Counted from the first letter of the stretch, positions 49,844 through 58,815 are shown. The stretch: 64,000 bases of DNA from an uncultured virus (IMG/VR IMGVR_UViG_3300020137_000030) (IMGVR_UViG_3300020137_000030); one strand, 5' to 3'. Program-made: numbers and translations. Notes: generated by a model from the letters alone, not told the origin.

Positions 49844-50257
49844 ATGACCATCGCACCTCACCGCCAGCCCTCCGGCATCCCGACCGGGGGACAGTTCGCT
49901 GCCGTCGTGCACGGCGAGCCGGACGTGCAGCTCGACGACGGCACCGTCAACGGGCTGATCGCGCAGACCAACGCCCTGGGGCGCTGGATGCTTGTCGACG
50001 TGGTCACCAAGCGGCCCGTGCGACGCGGCGCGCACACCGAGCACGGCTCGTACGCCACGCAGGACGAGGCGCTGGAGTGGGCACGTGACACCTACCCGCT
50101 GGTGTCGCGCATCGCAGGCAGGATGGCTGCCCGCAACCCCGCACCGTCGATCGCGCCGCTGTGCGGCACGTGCGAGGTGCCGATGGTGCAGACGGTCGAC
50201 GACAGCCGTGACAGCCTGCGCCCGATCTGGGTGTGCCCCCTGTGCGACACGCCGTGA
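49844..50257 (+). CDS. Hypothetical protein with N-terminal TGGQF peptide and C-terminal Zn ribbon
   Basis: HRQPSGIPTGGQF; CGTC..CPLC; ATG 9 nt after CCGCACAT. Confidence 0.65.
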   Translation: MTIAPHRQPSGIPTGGQFAAVVHGEPDVQLDDGTVNGLIAQTNALGRWMLVDVVTKRPVRRGAHTEHGSYATQDEALEWARDTYPLVSRIAGRMAARNPAPSIAPLCGTCEVPMVQTVDDSRDSLRPIWVCPLCDTP

Positions 50258-50601
50258 CGGGAAACCTCTGGCGCCACGACGCTTGCGTGACATACAGTAT
50301 GCGGTGACCGAGCAAGGGAAGGAGGGGCACACCGTGGACATGACGACCACCACGTTGGACGGACGCAGCAGCTACCAGGCTGTGGCAGCCTCGCGCGCCC
50401 TGACCCCCTTCGACTCCATCCGCAAGCCGTGGCTCCACAACGAGCAGGCGGCGGCCATGACGTAGGACGAGACACCCGGATCGTCCACGAGAGGCCGCCC
50501 CTGCCAACGCAGAAGGGCGGCCTCTCGGCGTATCGGGGCACTGCCGCACATACACCTGACGGGACCCGCACAGGCCCCACCACCAGCACCACAGCACGCG
50601 A

Positions 50602-50674
50602 GCGGATGTAGCTCAACTGGAAGAGCGCCGGTCTCCAAAACCGGTCGTTGGAGGTTCGAGTCCTCCCGTCCGTG
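50602..50674 (+). tRNA. tRNA-Trp(CCA)
   Basis: Cloverleaf; loop CT-CCA-AA. Confidence 0.9.
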
Positions 50675-50749
50675 CTTCGACCCTCGGTCACTGTGGCAGC
50701 CACGGCTGTCATACACCGCGGAGTCAACGTCCACCTTCAGGTGGTTTGA

Positions 50750-50770
50750 GAACAGCACAGAGACGAGAAG
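50750..50770. repeat. Left arm of a 21-bp inverted repeat bracketing the tRNA array (partner 56521-56541), overlapping a boxA-like sequence
   Basis: GAACAGCACAGAGACGAGAAG is the exact reverse complement of 56521-56541. Confidence 0.85.
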
Positions 50771-50990
50771 TGCCGACCGGTCGCCATACCGGTCGGCCGG
50801 TGCCGCGCGACCAGCGCCCAGGCGCACCACCGGTGAGGAACCCGCAAGGTCGGGGGAGCCGGTACGTGCCGGGGACGTCGGACGCGGGGCACCTTCCCAG
50901 CAGCGGCGACACCTTGCGCGCCCGGGCTCCGCGCACAGCGTCCCGGTCGTCCCGCAAGGGCAAGGTGGGTGTCGCCCGCTGCTGGGCCAC

Positions 50991-51072
50991 GGGTGTGTCG
51001 CGTAGCGGCTATCGCAACTGGCTGTAAACCAGTCGTCTTCGGACACCGCAGGTTCGAGTCCTGCCGCACCCA
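50991..51072 (+). tRNA. tRNA-Tyr(GTA)
   Basis: Cloverleaf with long variable arm. Confidence 0.88.
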
Positions 51073-51155
51073 CGTTCTCGCCGCCCGTCGCCCTGGGGAA
51101 GTGGCGGCGCCGGCCAGCGTCCTGCGGTTCGACTCCGCGGGCGGCGAGCACCGAC

Positions 51156-51227
51156 GCCTCGCTAGCTCAGTGGCAGAGCTGCCGCCTCTTAAGCGGAGGG
51201 TCCAAGGTTCGAGTCCTTGGCGGGGCA
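51156..51227 (+). tRNA. tRNA-Lys(CTT)
   Basis: Cloverleaf. Confidence 0.88.
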
Positions 51228-51256
51228 CCGGGGCCGCCGCACGCGGCGGACCGTCC

Positions 51257-51329
51257 AGCGGTGTAGCTCAGGTGGCAGAGCGCCCGGCTCATAACCGGTA
51301 GGTCGCGGGTTCGACCCCCGCCACCGCGA
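51257..51329 (+). tRNA. tRNA-Met/Ile2(CAT)
   Basis: Cloverleaf; CAT anticodon; identity class uncertain. Confidence 0.8.
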
Positions 51330-51356
51330 CGAGGTCGCGTCCGAGGCGACCACCCT

Positions 51357-51429
51357 GGTCCTGTAGCTCAATCGGGAGAGCGCCACCCCGTCAAGGTGGA
51401 GGTAGCCGGATCGAAACCGGTCAGGATCG
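51357..51429 (+). tRNA. tRNA-Asp(GTC)
   Basis: Cloverleaf; C at position 33. Confidence 0.8.
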
Positions 51430-51440
51430 CGCAGCACCGA

Positions 51441-51514
51441 CGGCTCGAGGCCCATCCGGTATGGGCACCTCGCTGATACCGAGGAGGCAGCAGGTTCAAC
51501 TCCTGCCGAGCCGA
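51441..51514 (+). tRNA. tRNA-Ile(GAT)
   Basis: Cloverleaf. Confidence 0.8.
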
Positions 51515-51546
51515 CGCACGACTGTCACCTCTGGTGGCAGTCCCGC

Positions 51547-51618
51547 GCACGTCTAGCTCAGCGGCAGAGCAGTCGGTCCACACCCGACCACGCGGGGGTT
51601 CGAGTCCCTCGACGTGCA
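51547..51618 (+). tRNA. tRNA-Val(CAC)
   Basis: Cloverleaf; C33. Confidence 0.8.
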
Positions 51619-51685
51619 CGACCAGCCCTGGTCGCCCAGGTTGCGCTTCCGTGGGCACAACCTGTTCTGGCCGGGGCTGGCACAC

Positions 51686-51756
51686 GCCCCACTGGTGTAG
51701 TGGCAGCACGCCTGGTTCTCAGCCAGGCAGCGGGAGTTCGATCCTCCCGTGGGGTG
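51686..51756 (+). tRNA. tRNA-Glu(CTC)
   Basis: Cloverleaf. Confidence 0.85.
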
Positions 51757-52043
51757 CTCGGAGCGGGCGACGGCTCCAACCGAACGGCTCAGCCGGGACG
51801 GCAGACGGTCGTACGGGACGAGGCCGCCAGCCTCGCTCTATGGGACCGGTACAGCCCGTGCATCCCGGTCACCAGCAGCAGCCCGGCCACTGGCGGTGGC
51901 CGCTGAGGTACGCCCGGGCATGCGCCCCGAAGGACGGCTCGGCCGGGTCTGACCCGGCGGGTCGGCCGACCGCACTGGGACAGGCGGGAACCCGCCCGTG
52001 CGGGACCGGCAGGCAGGGCTCGCCACCGGTCGACACGGGACGA

Positions 52044-52120
52044 TGCGGAGTGGGGGAGAGGCGTCCCCGCCGGGCTCATAACCCGTGAGATCGCCAGTTC
52101 GAGTCTGGCCTCCGCAACCA
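52044..52120 (+). tRNA. tRNA-fMet-like (CAT)
   Basis: GGG/CCC anticodon stem; encoded CCA. Confidence 0.8.
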
Positions 52121-52121
52121 C

Positions 52122-52218
52122 GCCCTCGTAGCGCAGCCGTAGGACAGGAAGCCTCTTCCCCGCGCGAGCGGGGGTCGTTCTCGGGAGGTTGCAGGTTCGA
52201 GTCCTGCCGGGGGCACCA
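52122..52218 (+). ncRNA. tRNA-like RNA with non-canonical anticodon region
   Basis: Acceptor stem, T-arm and CCA intact; no 7-nt anticodon loop. Confidence 0.55.
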
Positions 52219-52243
52219 GCACCACCGAGGAAGGAGGGTCGCC

Positions 52244-52570
52244 ATGTCGGCCACAACATCGGCAGCGGTCCTGCTGCCGTCCCAGCTCGAGACCCGCGGC
52301 ACCGCCGCCGTGCTCGTGCGCCACGCAGTACCCGCAGGCACCACCGACGTCGCGATCGGCGCCGTCGAGGCCGCATCAGTGTCCGCCGGGGCCGCCGACG
52401 AGATCGTCAAGCGGCTCCTGGACGCCTCCGTGCAGCGGGTCGTCCTGGTCAACCCGCAGGCCGGGGTCGAACGGTCGCTGCGTCTGGCTCTGGCCCGTCG
52501 CAGCACCCGCGACCGCACGTTCCTGCTGTCGGTCCAGCACCGCAGCGACGACGTCCTGTACCCGGCCTGA
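52244..52570 (+). CDS. Small hypothetical protein inside the tRNA array
   Basis: AAGGAGG RBS; 108 aa; codon bias. Confidence 0.6.
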   Translation: MSATTSAAVLLPSQLETRGTAAVLVRHAVPAGTTDVAIGAVEAASVSAGAADEIVKRLLDASVQRVVLVNPQAGVERSLRLALARRSTRDRTFLLSVQHRSDDVLYPA

Positions 52571-52603
52571 CCGGGTTCGCACGCCGCTTCCGGGCGGCAC
52601 CAC

Positions 52604-52690
52604 GCCCCTGTGGTGGAAGTAGGTAGACACGCCGGTCTCAGGAACCGGTGCCCGGCGACGGGCGTGCGGGTTCGACTCCCGCTCGGGGCA
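52604..52690 (+). tRNA. tRNA-Leu(CAG)
   Basis: Class II cloverleaf. Confidence 0.88.
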
Positions 52691-52844
52691 CGGGTCCACC
52701 GTGGTGGACGACGATCTTGGAAGCCGACGCGACCTCACCGTCGCCGACAGCGCCCTCCCGGGCGGGTCAGGACCCGGGGACCGAGCCGGACGGCGAGCAC
52801 CGGTAACCCGCGGCGTGCCCGGTGAGGGGTGCGGGCGCGGGCCT

Positions 52845-52921
52845 GCCCGCCTAGCTCATCTTGGTAGAGCGGCGACCTCGTAAGTCGCAGGTGCCCGGTT
52901 CGAGACCGAGGGTGGGCTCCA
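52845..52921 (+). tRNA. tRNA-Thr(CGT)
   Basis: Cloverleaf; CCA. Confidence 0.88.
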
Positions 52922-52965
52922 CGGGGTGGCCGTCGGACCGCCCCCGACCGGTTGCGGCCGGTCAT

Positions 52966-53040
52966 GCCCGGCTGGCTCAGTGGCAGAGCGCACCCTTGGT
53001 AAGGGTGAGGTCGCGGGTTCGATCCCCGCGCTGGGCTCCA
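52966..53040 (+). tRNA. tRNA-Thr(GGT)
   Basis: Cloverleaf; CCA. Confidence 0.9.
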
Positions 53041-53068
53041 CGCGTGTCGCCGGCGTCACGGGCGACGA

Positions 53069-53141
53069 GGGGCTGTAGCTCAGTCGGGAGAGCGCCGATC
53101 TGAAGAGTCGGATGTCGCTGGTTCGATCCCAGCCGGTCCCA
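53069..53141 (+). tRNA. tRNA-Phe(GAA)
   Basis: Cloverleaf. Confidence 0.88.
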
Positions 53142-53145
53142 CCTT

Positions 53146-53232
53146 GCCCTCGTGGCGGAAGCAGGTAGACGCGCTGCCTTGAGGAGGCAGTGCTCCGCGA
53201 GGAGCGTCCCGGTTCGATCCCGGGCGAGGGCA
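53146..53232 (+). tRNA. tRNA-Leu(GAG)
   Basis: Class II cloverleaf. Confidence 0.88.
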
Positions 53233-53355
53233 CGAGGCACGGTCAACGTCACCGCCGACGGTTCCCTGTTCGCCGTCGTCGGAGCGAAGGTGAGACAGCC
53301 CTGCGTGGCACCGCTGCCCGACTCCGGGGCGGTGGGTCTGGCCTGCCGTGCCCTT

Positions 53356-53428
53356 GCCCCTCTGGCCCAACAGGTAGAGGCGTCCGGCTCAAATCCGGAA
53401 TCTCCCGGTTCGACTCCGGGGAGGGGTA
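53356..53428 (+). tRNA. tRNA-Leu(CAA), short variable loop
   Basis: Loop CT-CAA-AT; lacks the long variable arm. Confidence 0.75.
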
Positions 53429-53527
53429 CGACGCGGTCAACGTCACCGACCGGGCACGATGCCCGCGCCGGAGCGAAGGGCGGCCAGACGGACCCTCCCA
53501 TGGTCCGTGCCGTACCTGCCGCGCCAT

Positions 53528-53617
53528 GGAGGGCCCAGCCGACTGGCGGCGGCACCTGCCTCGAATGCAGACTGCGGGCTTCGCGTCCGCGTGCGGGTTC
53601 GACTCCCGCGCCCTCCG
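53528..53617 (+). tRNA. tRNA-Ser(CGA)
   Basis: Class II cloverleaf; G73. Confidence 0.82.
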
Positions 53618-53772
53618 CACATCTGCGGCCACGTGCCGCACATAGGTACTTCGAGCGAGAGACCCCGCCACAGTGGTAGCGGGGCGAGCCGGGCACATGA
53701 ACCCGGCCACGACGCGGACCCGTGTCGCTCGAGTCGGTCCGAAGTCGGTGGGACTGCAGCCCGCCGGCACAT

Positions 53773-53844
53773 GGGGAGGCAGCACGATGGTGGTGCAGCT
53801 GCTTTGCAAGCAGTCGGTTGCGGGTTCGAGTCCCGTCCTCTCCA
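53773..53844 (+). tRNA. tRNA-Ala(TGC)
   Basis: Cloverleaf; G3:U70. Confidence 0.85.
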
Positions 53845-53876
53845 CGAGGCACCTCGGTGCCTGAGCAGTACCCAAC

Positions 53877-54229
<353 letters not shown>

Positions 54230-54376
54230 GTGAACCTCGAGCACGACACGCCGACCGCCCTTGCCGAGCGCGGTCAACCAGGCGGCTCGACAGACCCAAG
54301 GGCGCCCGCGGGTCTGGCATCTGGCCCGGATGCGGTCGAGGGGACCCCGATACCAGGCGATCGGGAGGGCACACCA

Positions 54377-54450
54377 CTGGACGTAGCGCAGATGGCTAGC
54401 GCGTCCGCTTTGGGAGCGGAAGGTCGCGGGTTCGAGTCCCGCCGTCCGGA
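54377..54450 (+). tRNA. tRNA-Pro(TGG)
   Basis: Cloverleaf. Confidence 0.88.
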
Positions 54451-54639
54451 CGTAGCCGCCGTGTGCGGCACCTGCCCGCGGACCACCCTGCCGGTCCGGC
54501 CGCGGGCCGAGTGGACCGGCGATGGGTGCTCACGCGAGTCGACCCGAACTCGACCCAGGAGCGGACGCGAAGCGCCTGCGAATGGGTGGAGGTACAACTC
54601 GACTCGCCCCGCCGCTGCACGAGCGATCGTGCAGCGTGC

Positions 54640-54712
54640 GCCTCCTTAGCTCATCAGGTAGAGCGGCTCCCTTGTAAGGGGCAGGCGGCCGGTTCGACCC
54701 CGGCAGGAGGCT
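54640..54712 (+). tRNA. tRNA-Thr(TGT)
   Basis: Cloverleaf. Confidence 0.88.
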
Positions 54713-54758
54713 CGCAGCCGCACGACGCGGCGTCGCAGCGCGAACCCTTGCGGCACAC

Positions 54759-54829
54759 GCCCCCGTCGGCCATGGGTAGGCCCGGAGCCTTTCAAGCTCC
54801 TGAACAGGGTTCGAGTCCTTGCGGGGGAA
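54759..54829 (+). tRNA. tRNA-Glu(TTC)
   Basis: Cloverleaf; 1:72 mismatch. Confidence 0.75.
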
Positions 54830-54861
54830 CCTGCAGCCCGCGCGAGCTGCGATCGCGCCAT

Positions 54862-54933
54862 TCCCTGGTAGCTCAATGGCAGAGCGCCCGCCTGTTAAGC
54901 GGACGGTTCCTGGTTCGAGTCCAGGTCGGGGAG
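54862..54933 (+). tRNA. tRNA-Asn(GTT)
   Basis: Cloverleaf. Confidence 0.88.
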
Positions 54934-54937
54934 CCCA

Positions 54938-55023
54938 GGTGGGTTGGCAGAGTGGCGAATGCAGCCGTCTTGAACACGGTAGGCCGGGCGACCGGTCCGG
55001 GGGTTCGAGTCCCTCACCCACCG
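54938..55023 (+). tRNA. tRNA-Ser(TGA)
   Basis: Class II cloverleaf. Confidence 0.88.
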
Positions 55024-55027
55024 CCGA

Positions 55028-55112
55028 GGAGGATGAACCGGGCGAGGCCCGGCGCCGGTTGCTAGCCGGTCGGGCGGCGCGAGCCGCTGGGTGGCGGGAA
55101 CTCCGTCCTCCG
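55028..55112 (+). tRNA. tRNA-Ser(GCT), atypical T-loop
   Basis: Acceptor, anticodon and variable arms present; TTC absent. Confidence 0.65.
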
Positions 55113-55116
55113 CCGA

Positions 55117-55201
55117 GGAAGAAGAACCGCCTGGGAGGCGGCGCCGGTTGGAAGCCGGTCGGGCGGCGCGAGCCGCTGGGGATCGTGCCCTCCTTCTTCC
55201 G
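55117..55201 (+). tRNA. tRNA-Ser(GGA), atypical T-loop
   Basis: Paralog of the preceding gene; T-loop ATCGTGC. Confidence 0.7.
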
Positions 55202-55306
55202 CGGGGCCGCCGACGCCCGGTCCGTCCATCGCCTTCGCACAGCGGTGTCCGGCCGAACAAGGCAGAGCCACCGTCACGTGCCGAGGCGTCGTGTCGGTGG
55301 TCTCTT

Positions 55307-55379
55307 GCGGACGTAGCGCAGCTGGCAGCGCGCCACCTTGCCAAGGTGGAGGTCGCGGGTTCGATCCCCGTCGTCCGCT
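55307..55379 (+). tRNA. tRNA-Gly(GCC)
   Basis: Cloverleaf; U73. Confidence 0.9.
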
Positions 55380-55384
55380 CTCGG

Positions 55385-55456
55385 TCCCCGCTGGTGCAAC
55401 GGCAGCACGCAGGCCTTTGGAGCCTCGAGGTCCGGGTTCGAGCCCTGGGCGGGGAG
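55385..55456 (+). tRNA. tRNA-Gln(TTG)
   Basis: Cloverleaf; U1:A72. Confidence 0.85.
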
Positions 55457-55635
55457 CACGCTACGGTCGCACCGTGCCCGTGACCGTGACCGCCCGACGA
55501 CCACGGTCCAGCACCGGACCGTCAGGTGCGCACGGAGGCGGCCAGCGGTGACACCTACGAGCAGGCACGCGACGACCTGTTCGCCAAGATCCCCGACGGC
55601 TGGCGTGTCATGCACCTGAACGTCAGCCGGGACAC

Positions 55636-55708
55636 GCCCCTGTAGCTCAGCGGAAAGAGCGCCCGCCTACGGAGCGGGAGGCCGCTGGTTCGATCCCAGT
55701 CGGGGGCA
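55636..55708 (+). tRNA. tRNA-Arg(ACG)
   Basis: Cloverleaf. Confidence 0.9.
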
Positions 55709-55731
55709 CCCCTCGCGGCTGTCGGCCGCAC

Positions 55732-55803
55732 GCACGGCTAGCTCAGCGGTAGAGCGCCTCGCCGACGCCGAGGTGGTCCGAGGTTCGAGTCCTCGGCCGT
55801 GCA
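55732..55803 (+). tRNA. tRNA-Val(GAC)
   Basis: Cloverleaf; C33. Confidence 0.8.
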
Positions 55804-55805
55804 CT

Positions 55806-55878
55806 GTGCCTGTAGCGCAACTGGCAGCGCGCCTGGATGTGGCCCAGGAGGTTGCGGGTTCAAGTCCCGTCAGGCACC
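55806..55878 (+). tRNA. tRNA-His(GTG)
   Basis: Cloverleaf; C73. Confidence 0.85.
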
Positions 55879-55907
55879 CCACGTCCGGGCGGTGACGCTC
55901 GGCACCT

Positions 55908-55981
55908 CGTGCTGTGGCCGAGAGGCGAGGCGGCCGCCTGCAAAGCGGTGCACGCGGGTTCGATCCCCGCCAGCACGTCCA
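55908..55981 (+). tRNA. tRNA-Cys(GCA)
   Basis: Cloverleaf; U73; CCA. Confidence 0.88.
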
Positions 55982-56006
55982 TGCCGCACATAGGCGAGGT
56001 GCGCAC

Positions 56007-56082
56007 GCCCCCGTAGCTCAGAGGACAGAGCGGCCGGTTCCTAGCCGGCGGGTCGCCGGTTCGACTCCGGCCGGGGGCGCCA
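56007..56082 (+). tRNA. tRNA-Arg(CCT)
   Basis: Cloverleaf; CCA. Confidence 0.9.
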
Positions 56083-56083
56083 C

Positions 56084-56159
56084 GCCCGTATAGCTCAGAG
56101 GACAGAGCGCCCGGCTTCTACCCGGGGCGGCCCGGGTTCGAGTCCTGGTGCGGGCACCA
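56084..56159 (+). tRNA. tRNA-Arg(TCT)
   Basis: Cloverleaf; CCA. Confidence 0.9.
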
Positions 56160-56160
56160 T

Positions 56161-56236
56161 GCGGACGAGGCGCCACTGGCGGCGCACCAGGCTTCCAACC
56201 TGGCCGTAGCGAGTTCGAGTCTCGTCGTCCGCTCCA
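56161..56236 (+). tRNA. tRNA-Gly(TCC)
   Basis: Cloverleaf; CCA. Confidence 0.85.
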
Positions 56237-56318
56237 CAGGGTTTCGCGGGGCCTGCAAGGGCCGACCCTCCGGTCGCTGGGCCGGTGACGGCGTGGCCGT
56301 CGATCAAACCGCGAGCGA

Positions 56319-56391
56319 TCGGGATCGGTGTGCTGGCCCGCCAACGAAGCTCTGACCTTCGCCTACCCAGGTTCGATTCCTGGATCCCGAG
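56319..56391 (+). tRNA. tRNA-Gln(CTG)
   Basis: Cloverleaf; weak D-arm. Confidence 0.75.
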
Positions 56392-56435
56392 CCCGACGGC
56401 CCCTGGCCGACCAGACCGGCGCCGTCGCACGCCCA

Positions 56436-56509
56436 CGGGCTGTGGCGAAGCTTGGTATCGCGCCCCGTTCGGGACGGGGAGGACGCCGGTTCGAGTCCGG
56501 CCAGCCCGA
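56436..56509 (+). tRNA. tRNA-Pro(CGG)
   Basis: Cloverleaf. Confidence 0.88.
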
Positions 56510-56520
56510 CCGCCACCCCG

Positions 56521-56541
56521 CTTCTCGTCTCTGTGCTGTTC
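56521..56541. repeat. Right arm of the 21-bp inverted repeat bracketing the tRNA array
   Basis: CTTCTCGTCTCTGTGCTGTTC. Confidence 0.85.
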
Positions 56542-56597
56542 CGCACATTGCAGCGTCATGCCCGGCAACCAGCCGGACCGAGCGAAGGAGACGGCAG

Positions 56598-57044
56598 GTG
56601 CCCCAGCCAGGAGTCCTCGTCCTCAACGCGGGCATGGAACCGCTGCACCGCGTATCGCTGCGGCACGCGGTCGGGATGCTGCTGCGCGAGGTCGCCGTCG
56701 TGCACGAGCGGGTCGAGGGGCAGACCTTCGGACCGTTCCCCCGCCCCCTCGTCGTGCGGCTCGTCCGCTACGTGAAGATGGGGTGGGCGTACGCCCGCGG
56801 GGGCCTGGGCCCGGTCGTCTCGAAGTCCGGCGTCAAGCGCCGCGACGGTGTCTGCGCGTACTGCGGCGGCGCACCCGAGACCGTCGACCACGTCCAGCCC
56901 CGCTCCCGCGGCGGTGCGTCGACGTGGCAGAACCTCGTCGCCGCGTGCATCCCGTGCAACCACCGCAAGGCTGACCGAACCCCGACGGAGGCTGACATGC
57001 CGCTGCTGTACGCGACCCCGTTCGTCCCGCAGGGTGCCTGGTGA
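56598..57044 (+). CDS. HNH endonuclease
   Basis: VLVLNA..EPL; RDGVCAYCG; TVDHVQPRSRGG; NLVAACIPCNHRK; AAGGAG RBS. Confidence 0.9.
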   Translation: MPQPGVLVLNAGMEPLHRVSLRHAVGMLLREVAVVHERVEGQTFGPFPRPLVVRLVRYVKMGWAYARGGLGPVVSKSGVKRRDGVCAYCGGAPETVDHVQPRSRGGASTWQNLVAACIPCNHRKADRTPTEADMPLLYATPFVPQGAW

Positions 57045-57484
57045 GCCCCGTCGTCGACGGCCCGCCGAAGCCGCGTCCCGGCTGGGACGAGTGGGCCCTG
57101 GGCCTGGCGTCCGCCGTCGCGACCCGCGCCGACTGCACCCGCCGCCAGGTCGGGGCCGTGTGCGTCGGGCCGGACCACCGCGTGCACGGCACCGGTTACA
57201 ACGGCGCCCCGCCCGGTGCGCCCGGTTGCGCGTCCGCCGGTGCGTGCCCGCGCGGGCAGCTCACCTACGGTCAGGTGCCCGCGTCGGCGGACTACACCAG
57301 CGGGCCCGGGGCCTGCATCGCCCGGCACGCCGAGGTGAACGCGGTGGAGTTCCTGCCGGTCGAGTTCCGCGCCGGGGTCACCGTGTACGTGACCGACGAG
57401 CCGTGCCCGGACTGCCGGGCGTTCCTGACCCGGTCCGGGGTGGCGCGCGTCGTGTGGCCGGACGGCGAGCTCACCTTCGACTGA
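57041..57484 (+). CDS. dCMP deaminase family protein
   Basis: CTRRQVGA, GYNG, HAEVNA, PCPDC. Confidence 0.9.
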   Translation: MSPVVDGPPKPRPGWDEWALGLASAVATRADCTRRQVGAVCVGPDHRVHGTGYNGAPPGAPGCASAGACPRGQLTYGQVPASADYTSGPGACIARHAEVNAVEFLPVEFRAGVTVYVTDEPCPDCRAFLTRSGVARVVWPDGELTFD

Positions 57485-57637
57485 TCGCCGGGTGCCGCAC
57501 ATCTACACATCAACGCGGTAGCGCGCGGAGCCGGACGCACGAGCCCTCCAGCGGTACCGCACCACGTGGCGGACGCCCACCAGCGGCCTACGGGCAGGCG
57601 GTGGGCGTCTTGCTGTCCTGCCGCACATAGTTCAGGC

Positions 57638-58366
57638 ATGGCAACCACGGAGACCGCCCTGGCCTGGACCGACGTCGAGACGACCGGCCTGACCGCACAC
57701 ACCGACCACCTGCTCGAGGTGGCGATCGTCATGACCGACCTGGACCTGGTCGAGCTCGACCCGGTCGGCTTCCAGGCCAAGGTGCTCCACACCAAGGAGC
57801 AGGCTGACCGGATGCGCGCACAGGCGGGCCCCGTCGTGCGGGAGATGCACGACCGCACCGGCCTGTGGGACGCGATCACCGACCCCAGGCAGGCCCGACC
57901 GCTCGAGGAGGTCGCGGCGCGGGCGCTGGCGTACGTGCGCCGCTTCGCACCGGCGCCCCGCTCGGCCCGGCTGGCCGGCAGCTCGTGCCGTCTGGACCTC
58001 AACTTCGTCGACGAGCACCTGCCCGCCCTCGCCAAGCACCTGCACTACCGGATGCTGGACGTGTCGTCGTGGGTCGGCCCGGCGCAGTGGTGGGCCGGTG
58101 TGGAACCGATGGAGAAGAAGCTCGCGCACACCGCCATGGCGGACATCCGCGAGTCGATCAACGAGATGCGCTTCGTGCGTGCCGCACTGGGGCTGGGCCA
58201 GCCGCGTCCGCTGCGGACGGTCAAGGAGGTCGCCTACGAGCTCGGCGTGTCCACCCACGTGGTCAAGGCCCACATCGCCGCGGGGCGTCTGCCGTCGGTG
58301 ACGCTGCCGGACGGCAAGGTTCGCATCAGCCCGGTCGACGTGGCCAGGTTTGTCCACGGCGGGTGA
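57638..58366 (+). CDS. orn: Oligoribonuclease (DEDDh) with C-terminal excisionase-like HTH
   Basis: WTDVETTGL, MHDRTGL, LHYRMLDVSS, HTAMADIRESI; then TVKEVAYELGVS...RI. Confidence 0.88.
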   Translation: MATTETALAWTDVETTGLTAHTDHLLEVAIVMTDLDLVELDPVGFQAKVLHTKEQADRMRAQAGPVVREMHDRTGLWDAITDPRQARPLEEVAARALAYVRRFAPAPRSARLAGSSCRLDLNFVDEHLPALAKHLHYRMLDVSSWVGPAQWWAGVEPMEKKLAHTAMADIRESINEMRFVRAALGLGQPRPLRTVKEVAYELGVSTHVVKAHIAAGRLPSVTLPDGKVRISPVDVARFVHGG

Positions 58367-58467
58367 CGTCCCGGCGCGCCTCGCACCTCACCTTCCGGCG
58401 GTGACCTACCGTGGTCGTCGGCAGTAGGCGCCGCCGCCGAGGGCACCGTGCCGCACATCTGTGAGCC

Positions 58468-58815
58468 ATGGAGCCCACCGCACGCATGGTCCGCAGAACC
58501 GAGACCGTCGAGGTCACCGCTCTACTGGAGGTGGCAGGCCTCGACCCGGTCGGCGGCGTGGACCTCCACAGGGTCGACGTCGTCGCATGGCTGAGCGGCG
58601 ACCGCTCAGGCGTCCGCCTGCGACTGGTCGGCACGAACACCAACGGCGTCACCCGCGACGGCAGGTTCAGTGCTCCGCACGCCGCCGGGGCGGACCCGAC
58701 CGACCCGCACAACACGTGGCACGGCCACGTGAACGACCTGCCGCGCGAGCTCCTGGAGCTCACCGAGAAGGCCACGGGCATCCGGTTCGCCGACTACAGC
58801 CAGGAGGACGCGTGA
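58468..58815 (+). CDS. Hypothetical protein
   Basis: ATG 9 nt after CCGCACAT; coupled to the next gene. Confidence 0.6.
   Translation: MEPTARMVRRTETVEVTALLEVAGLDPVGGVDLHRVDVVAWLSGDRSGVRLRLVGTNTNGVTRDGRFSAPHAAGADPTDPHNTWHGHVNDLPRELLELTEKATGIRFADYSQEDA

Noticed and set aside
53236..53525. Post-tRNA motif as an HDV-like (theta) or hammerhead ribozyme
   Set aside because: I could not find the nested double pseudoknot or the CUGAnGA/GAAA cores; left as an unknown motif
56558..56974. ATG 9 nt after CCGCACAT (56541) as the HNH start
   Set aside because: Out of frame with the HNH; GTG 56598 with an AAGGAG RBS is the better start
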